Shown here: one piece after another, positions 1 to 11,300 of the stretch | Layout of the letters: each line of letters starts with the position of its first letter | Numbering within the stretch: the stretch's first letter is position 1 | Source: Macrostomum lignano | Lineage: Eukaryota | Reading direction: 5' to 3' | Length of the DNA stretch: 64,000 nucleotides | Assembly: GCA_002269645.1 (NCBI GenBank) | Contig: NIVC01001234.1 | Coordinates: 160,872-224,871 of the forward strand | Notes under the pieces: generated by a model | Told to the model about the DNA's origin: nothing | Databases searched by the model: none | Seen by the model: only the letters and a program-made list of their open reading frames with translations | Made by a program: the position numbers and the translations under genes

Positions 1-3000
1 CACGCCGACGTATCGACGGCGCCGCTGTTCGTTCAGGCAAACTTGTCGACCGGCCTGACGCCGGGCTCTGTCGCTGCCCGCCGCTACCCCCGCATGCGGC
101 TGCACCAGGTGGCGCCGATCCCACTGCCGCTGGTCTCGGACGGCGTGGCGCGGGCTCTGTCGCTGTCTGCGGGAACCAACCTGGCTGTGGGCAGCCGGCT
201 CAGCATCATTCTCGGCCCCGGCTATCAAGCATTTCACGTCGAACTTCTCTCTGCCAAGTTCCCAGGCTCTGTTCAGATCTACCGGCTGGTGCCTGGCTCT
301 GAGTTTGATCTCATTGACAAGCTTAAATCGAAGGACGCCACCAATTTTTTTCTTGCAGCTGAACCGGCCGAAGCCGAGGAGTTTTTGTATGCTGCATTCA
401 AAAGCCGATTGCTGCACCCAACGTATCGCTGGTTTCTGTTCAACACTGTGAGGCTCTTTTTGTGGCTGCAATGGATTTTTTCGTACGAGCATTATTGCTC
501 ATCCCAAAAATGTACATGGGCATACAAGAATTAGATTGTAATTTTTATGCAGAGTCGCCTTCCATCAATAATATATATAATGAAAATTGACTACACCAGC
601 CCTAATGGGCAGATGTGCAACCGACAGCTCAGCCGCAGCTATTGCGCTGCGCATTTGAAGGCTGCGTACGGCTGTTCAGTCCTAGGCCTGGGGGTCGCCA
701 CACACCCTCAATTACCCCAGCTAATGCTGGCACCCATTTTACAGCTGGGTGAGCTGAAGCAATGACGAGTTAAGTGTCTTGCTTAAGGACACAAATTGTT
801 TCGAGTGGGTCGAGAATCGAACCCCCGACCAATGCAAGATTTCAGATATTTTCATGACTAGTTAAAAAATATTCCAGGTACTGGTACAGAAGAATAATTT
901 CTATGGCTTTACGGTAGTCTCAAAAAATATTACGTCCATGGACTTTGGCCTTGTGGCAACTGCCATCAACATTGGACTGAACTCAACGCGGTCAATATAC
1001 TTGTTTGATCTACTGTCAATCTGGTCGGTGTATTTGACGAACATACTTTGCGATCAGGTGCGAAATCTATATAGTTCAATTTTGCAGTTTTTACTAAGAC
1101 AGATTTGTACCTAGTCACATTTCCCACCATTCTGCCAAACTCCAGTCAGCAGAAGTGAACACAACTGTTGAAGGTATGACCGGTTCGTTCAGTCTTGCAC
1201 CTGATGGCACAGTCTCTAGGCTGAACTGGTTTATGAACTTTTATAAAGGGCTTGGCCATCAGCACGAGTGGGTAAGGAAACAAAGCATTGATGTGTGGCT
1301 TAGTTAGTATTTTTATCCAACAGATCATAAATACTGGAGTCCGCATTTATAGTCAATTCTGGACATAAGATTCCATATCATATCTTATTAATAATGACCA
1401 CACCTTGAAGATTGGCAACTGGTCAAGTGTTGGAGACTTTCACTTCGAACCAGCTAAATTGAGAACTCCAACTGACCAGGTTTTAAAGAGTGAACTCAAC
1501 GTGAATGTGTTCAGAGTAGTAACTCTATTGGTAAGTGTCCTAGACAACCATCCTGCAATTAAGTACCTCTAAATGCACATTCTGTTAATGACATTAGTTC
1601 GCAGCTCCCCGTTTTTGTGGTTTTTTAGGCGCCGCCATTCGTGCAGTATAAGAAAGGCTATGAGAATAGAACGGATGTAAGCTTATACGACCGTCTAGAG
1701 GGGTTTGCGATGGACATTTGTAAGCAGATCCTAGAGAATATGTCGGTGAGTTTTTGTGACGTGGTTGTTGAGTCTTTAATCTATCACAGTTCAGCCTACG
1801 CTCATGTTATGTATTTCCTGCGGCCAGCTTCTTTTAGCTGTCTTTCCATTAGCTCGCAGCTTATAAAAATCAACTAAAATTCATGGCCTGTATACAGCTT
1901 TCAGATATAGAATATAAATAAAACATTCGCATTGAAAGTTCAAGACACCCCAAGTGTATCCGAATTTAAACGCAATGACTCTAGAAGACTTTAAAAGCTA
2001 TTCGAGCTGAGTGAATGTTTTTTAATTTGGCAACAAAACTCATCGTTCAATGCAATTCAATAGGTTTAGAACTAGATTTGACTGTGACAGGAAAATTTAA
2101 GCTTTAAAATTCATAACTCCATAAGCAGTTCTACTTTACTCCAACAGTTAAACTCTGTCGAAGTCTTTCTACAACCGGATGGTAAATATGGCTCTTACGA
2201 TCCGGTAGATGGCTGGGGCGGCATGGTGGCTACACTGATGCTGAATGCTGCTGACATGGCCTGCGCTTCAATGTCCGACACAGAGCTGCGCCGTAACGTC
2301 GTCAAATTTACGCAGCCCATCCAATCATATCAGCTATCCATCCTGTACTCAAAGCCAGAGGTCAATCCAGTTAAACTGCTGTTTGACTTTCTCTCTCCGC
2401 TACACCTGTACACCTGGCTGGCCTTGCTCGGCTCCGGCCTTGCATCGGGGCTGGTGCTAGCGGTGCTGCATCGAATTAGCAGGAACGAACAGCGGCTCAG
2501 CTTGTACGAAGCGATCTACGTCGCATTGGGCACGCTGATCCAGGGCGTGAAGACAACGATACCGGATCGCCCGTCTGCACAGCTGGTGAAACATTGTGAT
2601 ACGCTTGTTTTACTGTTCAAATGCTTAATGCTCGATATAATTATAAAGTGTGAAATAGCACTCTGATATTTTGCAGATAACAATGGTTTTCTGGCTATTT
2701 GTGCTCCTCTTTCTAATCATCTACGTGACGCACTATGCAGCTAAGCGGACTCTGGAAAGAATCCAGATGGAGATCACTGATCTCAAGAGCCTCCCGATGC
2801 AGGAGGCGTACGAATACGGTACGCTATTCGGCTCTGTGTACCTGGACTTCTTGAAGCACTCGTATGACAGGCTGGAGTTGCTAGCTTACCGGCACATCGC
2901 CAACGACCCACATCGTACCCAGCCACGGAACATCAGCCACGCGCTCAGCTTGGTCAGAGGCGGTACTTTTGCATTCATTTACAACTCGGCCATGAACCAT

Positions 3001-3688
3001 TACTACTCGAAGATGTTGTGCGACTTTTATGAGACTGGCAGCTTTGGGCAGGACAGCGCGCGCTTGGGACTCCCGGCGAACGCGGAGTACGATGATATGA
3101 TCAATCGAATTATCAATCGACTGGTGAGCAGCGGGGAGCGAGACCTGCTGTACAAAAAGTAAATCGGTTGGTTTGTAAATGTTTCGGAGTGCTTTATGTT
3201 ATTTAATCAAGCTCCTTGTTTAAACTAGAGTGAGTTATATTGGTTGAGAATATCTATAAATAAAAATTCGTAGAAGTCAATGGTAAAGGGTCTGCAAATT
3301 TGTACCTATAAGGGCACCCCGATTCAGCAAAAGCAATATGACTCTTGATTTTTACAGGTACTTCAATCCACCCAAAAGCAACCTGCCGGACTGCACAAAC
3401 AATTCTCTACCGCACTCCATCATCAACTGGATTCCCTCGGAGGCAGACGTTTTCAACACAAAGCGGGGCGCGCTGACCCTTAACAATACCATGGGCATCA
3501 CCGCCATCAACCTGGCCGTTTGCGTGCTCACCCTGCTGCTGGCGCTCATAGAATTTGCCTGCTTAAAAATCAGGCTGCGGGTTAGACGCATATGGAATAC
3601 AGCCCAGAAAAATAGGAGCCTGCGAAAGGCTGCTGCGGCGGCTGCCACAGAGTACCAGGGCGAGGAGTCGATGGAGTCGCAAGCCTAG
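1..3688 (+). CDS. Divergent ionotropic glutamate receptor / IR-like subunit, paralog 1 (5' end outside window). Exons: <1-447, 878-1057, 1146-1271, 1411-1530, 1629-1745, 2148-2585, 2677-3158, 3358-3688
   Basis: GT-AG exons join in frame. iGluR hallmarks: S1 APPFV...LEGFAMDIC, DGKYGS..GWGGMVATLMLNAADMACA..TELRRNVVKFTQP; M1 FLSPLHLYTWL; M2 GTLIQG; M3 FWLFVLLFLIIYVTHYAAK; S2 YGTLFGS; M4 LTLNNTMGITAINLAVCVLTLLLALIEF. Confidence 0.9.
567..835 (-). mobile_element. tRNA-derived CORE-like SINE copy in intron 1 of receptor paralog 1
   Basis: Reverse complement aligns to the copy at 47463-47787 (B-box GGTTCGATT, GTGTCCTTAAGCAAGACACTTAAC, CCCAGCTGTAAAATGGG, shared 3' part). Confidence 0.75.
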
Positions 3689-5304
3689 CAGACGCTTTCT
3701 AGGCAGGGTCAGGACGCACCTGATTTGCTAAGCAAATGACTTCTATAAAATTTGAAACAGGCTCTAAATGCAAGTGGATTCTTAGAACTTTTGGCACTCA
3801 CAGACTACATTGTTATGCAGCCGTACGAATACTAATCCAGTTTCCATGCGTTTTTGCATAGCTCGTAGAGAAGGAAAGGTTTCATACATTTTTTCCCAGG
3901 TATGACGCTTTTGGCTGAAGCTGAACGGAATATCACAGGTGCATTAGATTCCACCACAAAGATGTAAAACTGCTCCTCTGTGGAGAATATATCTGTCGAG
4001 ATCCGAGTGTATTCAAAAATTTCCATGGGAAAACATTTTTCTCCGTGTGAAAAACACCGGAAACCTGCACACCTTCTTTTTCCATCAATTGCCCTGTTAA
4101 TTAATCGATTTAGGGAACTGAGTCTCCTACATGTCGATTTCTCATCCATCGTCGACCTGACAAACTTTCGGTACTTTAAACGATTTTTTTCAAAATTTGT
4201 TGGAAACACAGATTAGAAAAAATTAGAAACACAGATACTTAATAACTAGATGGGACATTCAGCACATTTGCGCGTAAGCTACTTTAAATTCACTAGAAAG
4301 TTAAAAAGAAGCATTTTAATGTATTTTAAAGCCAAGGCTCATTTATTTGGCTAATGTACATTGACTGGCTAATGTACATTATGGCTGAACCAATTAGCAA
4401 GTTGTTTACGTCTGCAAGCTTGTAATTCTAAACTTATCGAAGTCATTTCAGCTGACTTTATTTTTATAAAATAGCTTATGTATTCTTCTTTGCTACTGAA
4501 ATGAAAGTAGAGAGCTGTTTTCTAAGTATATATGCCTGGGTGGCCCATCTAGTTATTCTAGTATCTGTGGTTGGAAAGAATAAGGAACGGAGGTAGTCTG
4601 CTTTCGTGAATTTTACAAGCCTACCTTCTTGAATTTGGGTATTAAATATCTTATTTTGTACTAATTTTTAGGGAATTTCTCTCGTGTACTTTTAACTTGT
4701 AATAATTGTCGAGGTTTTTTTACAAAACAAGCACCACCAGGTTTGCATATATTGCAGTTTAAACGAGCACGAAGAAAATAATAGTTTGATACGTGATTTC
4801 TCAAAATTAATTCATATTTAAATAAATATATATTTGCTTATATATATACATATTGGGTTTATTAAATTAATCTATTTATTTATGCTGCTTTTACAGATAT
4901 TCTTTAATTTTGCTCATACATGACAAATATTTTGTAACAGTCAAGAGTTTTGTGTTTTTGTATGGCTACATTTATAAAAAATGATTAACAGATTATAATT
5001 TTTATCTTCATGCAATTATTATACTATCAAAGGACCATGCTGAGACAAAGACGACTGTTAAAACAAAAATTTATGCATAAATCAAGTTCTTTGATCGCTT
5101 TGTATTGTTAATGACCGATTTTCTGTTTTTATTTTGTTATGAATGTCTATCCTTCAATTATAAATTTGTTTGATGAGTCATCAAGACGCAATAATGTCAA
5201 AAAGCATTGCCTTAAATTGCAGAGTGAATTTTTCTGAACTTTTAATGTATTATTTCAAACGATAATATAAAATACAAATTCACTGATGCAGGGACCAAAG
5301 AATC

Positions 5305-8300
5305 TCATAATATGCTTTCGTCCACCTGCATCAGCACCAGGGTGCTTCGCCTACGGTCGGCGGAGCTGCCCCGGACGCTGTCCTCCCGGTCAACTAGATT
5401 CCGGCCCCAGCGGTTGCGGCAGCGGTCGAAGCCGTGCTCCAGCCCGGCCACTAGTAGCACCAGCGCGCAGCTGAACAGATTCAGTAGCGACAGCCCAAGA
5501 GTGTCGCGTAGCGTCAGAGCGCCAGGCCGAGGCGCCAGGCTTGGCGGCTCCTCTGGCGCCAGGTGGGACAGGAAGGCGCCGATTCTGCTGCTGCTGCTGG
5601 CGTCGCTGCAAAGCGGGCGCTCGCCGGCGGGCACCTCAAAGTATCTGCGGGAGCCCCGATGGTGGTCCCTTGCAATGAGGCGTAGCGGCTCGTAAAATTT
5701 TGAGCTGGGTAACCTAGATTAACCCTGTTGCTATGCCAAATTACCCTGCCCTAAGCTTACCTAGCTACAATACCCCAATAGCTTTAAAACAATCAAAACA
5801 TGTATGCTTGCTTCATCAGGCAAGAATTTTTGTAAATAAGTAGCTTTGGTCATATTTGTTATTTAATTTATTGATAAATACTTGGGTAGTAGCAAAAAAC
5901 CTAGGAAGGATATTTGCATGAAAGACTCTTCATATCATGTCAAAGGAGAAGCCTCATTGCCATGCCGACAGAGTTTGAAAACTTGGGTCCTTGGCCTTTC
6001 GCTGATTTACTCAGTGGTACGAGCTAAACACGTCCAATTCTCGTGCCACGACCTCTGGTTCGATTCTGTGTGTACATAGAATGTACATGTCTGACGATTA
6101 GAAAGTCAGTACCGCTGTACACCCTGTGTGAGCGTGTGCGTGAGTGCGTGCCTGCGTACAGCATTGGCGAGCTTGTCTGTGCTCAGGAATGAGCAGAATT
6201 GCCTCAGAGCTGGTTGTGGGACGATGTCGCTGAAGGCGTTGCGTCATGCTACTCACAGCACTTCTGCAAATGTTTTATTATCATCTGTGGACCCAGCGAG
6301 GCTATATATACTCCTACATAGGGGTCAATTGCCACTACTGTTCTAGTTCTCAAGACAAGATGCAGGTGACTCTCTGGCCTATAGACGGCTGCTGATACCA
6401 TCCGCTGTGCTTTGCTGACTACGAGCCTATAATCGCAGAGTGCAGGGGTCTGTGTGGGAACTCAGATTTCGGGATATTTTACTCTTACACTTTTTACTTT
6501 TTATACTTTTAAATCAGTTTAACCAGATACCTAGATATTTTTCAATTGAACTACCCAGTTACTGCCTAATTAAATATACTCAGCAACATCGAAAATTCGC
6601 CATCACAAAAGATTCCGTCTATGATCACCACTTTTGAGAGGGCAGGTAAAGTCTCTCAATCTTTGCGAGTGACTTAGCTAACTCAGCTACGCCACGGCAG
6701 ACTTGAGTTGAGGAATGAAGCGGGGGGAGCGGTGTGCGAGAGTTGGACGGATTTCAATTTTGCTGAGTATACTCGTTAGATTAACATCTAAATTAATAGC
6801 ACACCAAATTAGGTAGGTTAAATTACCCATGCAGTTTAACGGAGTTGATGAAAAATGTAAAACATGCGCAAAACTGACTTTTCTTAGTCATGCAGGTCAG
6901 GGGCTGCGTTAAGAGTTCTAGTATAAGCATGCGACTCTGCGGCTAGACTATGCTTCAAAGTTGACTAACATTTTTAGTTAGAAAATTTTTTTGTGAAAGC
7001 AAGCGCACCTACGCTCCAACTCGTCTAGCCAGTCGTCAGTTCTGTTGTCCATGGCAGCCGCCAGCTCCTCGTTTATCAGCGGCAACAGCCGAGATCCAGT
7101 CGGCAGCGCCAGCCCCAGCTCGATTGGGATGCCATCGAACACAACAAGCCGGGCGTCGCAGGTCAGCTGGCTCCAGTAGGCGTTCCGCTTGGCGTCGTAG
7201 ACCAGAGCAAAGTCGCCGGTCTCCATGGCGGCGCGGCCGATCTGGGCGTTCGAGAACAGGCCGCCGCGGTGCTGCATTCGCTCATAGACCATGCGCAACT
7301 GAGGGAATGGCGACTCTTTGAAATAGGCGGAATAGCTGGAATTGGCCAGAGTGCCGAACCTGTGGGTTGTCTGGTCCAGCAGGCTCCTCAGCGTTCCCCG
7401 ATGGGCACCTGCACTCTGTTCAGGCATCGCTGGCCGGCTAAGTTGGCCGCGAAGGCTACAAGAAGCAGCAGCGCTGTCAGGCGGAAGGCCGACACAGCAA
7501 ACCGGCCGGAGGGTCGCTGCGGCTGCCGGCATCTGCCCTAATAAGGTTTAATTCGGCATTGAATAAATGTGACTTAAAGCCAGCTTTTGCATTCGAGTTA
7601 GAGGAATTCTATAGCTTAAGTTTTTAGTTTTTAGTACCATTCATTTAAGTAACACGTTAGTAACACGTAGCAATGTTTGTCACATGATATTTAAATCCAG
7701 TGTTGTGGCTGCTAGCTAAATGACTTAAGTCGACTCGGGAGTCGAGGAATGAACCAAATTGGCTCTGTCGGACCCTTCAAAGAAGGGACAGAGGCATGGA
7801 TTCAATACCAAGAGCGCATTGAACAGTTTTTTTGTTGCCAACGACATTGCAGATGAGAAAAAGAGAGCAGTGTTGCTCAGTATGTGTGGGAAACAAACAT
7901 ATCAGTTGCTCTGCAGCCTTCAGTTGGAACGTCTTATGCTGACATCTGCAAAGTACTGAAGGAACACTTCGACCCAACGCCGCCAGAAATCGTTCTGCGC
8001 CATCGCTTTTTCACTCGAAACCGTCAGTCTGGTGAATCCATTGCCGTCAGCTTGGCAAAGGTTGCAATCTCACCAACCTGAACGGAATGCTGAGGGACAC
8101 GCTCGTGCTGGGCATCAACGATGACGGAATCCAGCGGAAACTCCTTGCTGAAAAGGAACTGACGCTAGCAAAGGCACCATCAACAGCACAGGCCCTTGCT
8201 ACGGCCGCCGAGGGCACTCAACTTGTGATGAAGGGCACCGAGCCAGAGTCCGTTCACGTCGTTCAGCAGTCGGCAACTGCCAGACGCTGTTTCCGGTGTC

Positions 8301-11300
8301 TCTCACAGCGGAATCTGGTATCCAAGTGTCCCTTCTTGAGCAAGAAATGCTTCAACTGCTCCAAGCAGGGGCACACGGCAGCTGCATGCAAGTCCCAGGC
8401 ATCCAGTGGTCGACGCAAGAACCAGGCGGCGGTGCGCGAAGTCGAGTCGGAGATGGAGGAGACAGGTCCTGCCGCTGCTCGTGGTAGATGGCTCCGGTTC
8501 AGATTTGATTGGGCGAGACTGGCTGGCCGATCTGCCCCTGGACTGGCGCGGGATCGAGCAGATGCAGTCGCATCAGAGCGGTGAGCATCCTATGATCCGC
8601 GACCTGCTGAAGCAGTATTCCGGTGTGTTCGAGTCCGGACTCGGCCAGTATACAGGGCGGCCAGTGTAGCTGCGACTGAATGACGGGGCCCGGCCTCGCT
8701 TTCTAAAGGCCCGCAACGTGCATTTCGCGCTGAAGGCCAAGGTTGAGGCACAGCTAGACAAAGAGATTGAGCAAGGTGTGCTAAAGCCCGTGAGTAGCTC
8801 TGACTAAGCATCGCTTATTGTTCCGGTGCTCAAGCCCGATGGATCCGTTCGCATCTGTGCCGACTTCAAGCAGACGGTGAATCTCGACGTGGAACCGGAA
8901 AAGTATCCGCTGCCTCGGATTGACGAGCGATTCGCTAAGCTGGCCGGAGGGCAGAAGTTTACGAAGCTCGACCTCTCTCTCACAGGCGTATTTGCAGATG
9001 CCTCTGGACGAGGTCTCTCAACAGATCTGCACCATCAACACGTCCAAAGGGCAGCTGCGCTACACCCGGCTTCCGTTTGGCGTGGCGCCTGCAGTCGGAA
9101 TTTTTCAGCGGCTCATGGATAGCCTGCTGCAGGCCATTCCGCATGTCACCTGTTTCATCGATGATCTCATCATCACCGGGAGCGACGACGAGAGCCCCTG
9201 CGTTCACTAGAGTTGGTTCTACAGCGCCTGCAGCAGAGTGGCCTGAAGTGCGGACTGAACAAGTGCAGCTTCATGCAAGAGAGTGTGAGCTATCTGGGAC
9301 ATCGAATCGATGCTGCCAGCTTTCACCCGCTGTCAGAGAACTTGACTTACTTGACTTAGCTGCAGGGGGCTCCGGAAACAGCGAGTTTCCAGTTTCGAGT
9401 GTTTGTGCGTCCGGAAATAGCGAGGAGGCGTTGCCGCCCATTTCGCTGTCAGAGAAGGTGCGGGCCATCATGGATGCGCAAGCGCCCAAGGACGAGACTC
9501 AGCTCCGCAGCTTCCTGAGGTTGGTCAACTACTATGGCAAATTCCTGCCGAACCTGTCCACCGAGCTGGCCCCACTGCATCGTCTACTGAACCGGGATGC
9601 TGCCTTCCGTAAGTGCAAAGAGCTGTTCAGCAGGGTGCCAGTGCTCGCACATTTCGATGAGCGGCAGCCGCTAGTGCTGGAGTGCGACGCTTCTCCATAC
9701 GGCTTAAGCGCTGTCATCAGTCATCGAATCAACGGTATCGACAGACCGATCGCCTTTGCCTCGCGCTCCTGATTTCATCCTTCTGCTTCATTCAGAGCAT
9801 GCATTTATTAATATTAATAACATAGAGCATAGAGCATTGGTCTTAATAATTAGCATAGAGCATAGAAGATTAATCTTATTAATAGTATAGAGCATGCACA
9901 TTCACAACATCCAGCAAACCTGGAACAGCATCGCCAGAGCCGAATAGGCAGTGTAGACAGCATGGAATCGGCTTCGGTCCTTGTGACGCCGGTACAGACC
10001 AGTCAAGGTCAGCGCGAGGAGAACGGCGCTCCCGAGACCTGCCAGCCAGACGTACAGGTGCATCGAAGTGGCAAACTGAAACATGGACTCGGTGGGGTCG
10101 CTGCGCACCTCGCGGAAAAGCACAGACATGTTTGTCTGGATGTACGCGCGGCTTAACGTCGCCGGCCAGCTCGCCATCTGGTGCGAAAGCGACGTCGACG
10201 GCGGCGTCATCGCTGAACAGGCAATGTCGGCGCGACCGTCGGCGAGTGCGCCGGCAACTCGCACCCATGCGTCATTGTCGATTGCAGTGGCGTTGGGAAG
10301 CAGCTCCAAGGACAAGTTGGTAATCTGCCAGTTTTATTGGAATTTTTCGGGCTGAATGTAATCTAATTAGAGAACCTATTACGTAAATAAGACCTCTAAA
10401 ATATTGGAAATCCTTTGACAAGTTTCAGTTGACAGGTGTTAGATAGCAGGTAGGTCAGTGGAAAGGACATCATTAGTGGGCATCAATAGACAGGGGCGTC
10501 AATGAACTGCTATTAGAGGAAATTCACCCCAAATAGGAACGCTCACCCCAAGGTTCTGCCTGAGCAGCCGGATGCACAACTCGAAGGAAAATCCTTCCAG
10601 GCGATCCTCCAACGCCTGACCGGTCTTGTCTTCCATGCCCGTCTTGAATCGGACGTACGGGTTGTCCTGTAGTGTTTTGGTTAGATGTAGAAAAAAAATA
10701 ATTTATTACTCCGATAAGTAGTGCAATGAGGAGATGCAGTCTCTCCGCTCTCTCCTTTTCACTTCTGTGTTGACTGTTTGCACTACCGGTAACGAATTGT
10801 CTATGGCCATGTTGAAGTTCATGTTATTTCAGTGTACATCTCGAGCTGCGCCATCAGCTTCTCTCCATCCTATCCTCGCTTCTCCCCATCCTCTCCTCGC
10901 TTCTCTCCATCCTCTCCTTCTCGCTTCTTTCCACCCTGTCCTTCTCGCTGTTCTCCATCCTCTCCTCGCTTCTCTCCGACCTCTCCTCGCTTCTCTCCAC
11001 CCTCTAATCCTCGCCTCTCTGCCCTCTCCTCTCCTTTTGCCCCCCTGCCCTTCTAAGCCAGACTTGCCAGCACGAGAAGCACTTTCAGCGGCGCCTGTCT
11101 GTAGTGCTGCAGGACGGCCTCTCGCGAAGTGTCGGTCGGCCTCATCGGACTCAGGCTGAACCGACCGTCTGTTGAAAACTCGCCCACCTGTACGTGCGGC
11201 AAAAGAGAATTCATGACAGAACAAAGCAATATATCAAGCAGTTGTATGTGCTTCTTTTACTACTGTTAGTACACTTTGAGCTGCTAAAGAGCGCCTAGTT

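Noticed and set aside
7700-9880. LTRs or TSD for the decayed Gypsy fragment
   Set aside because: No direct repeats found at either flank; treated as an internal remnant.
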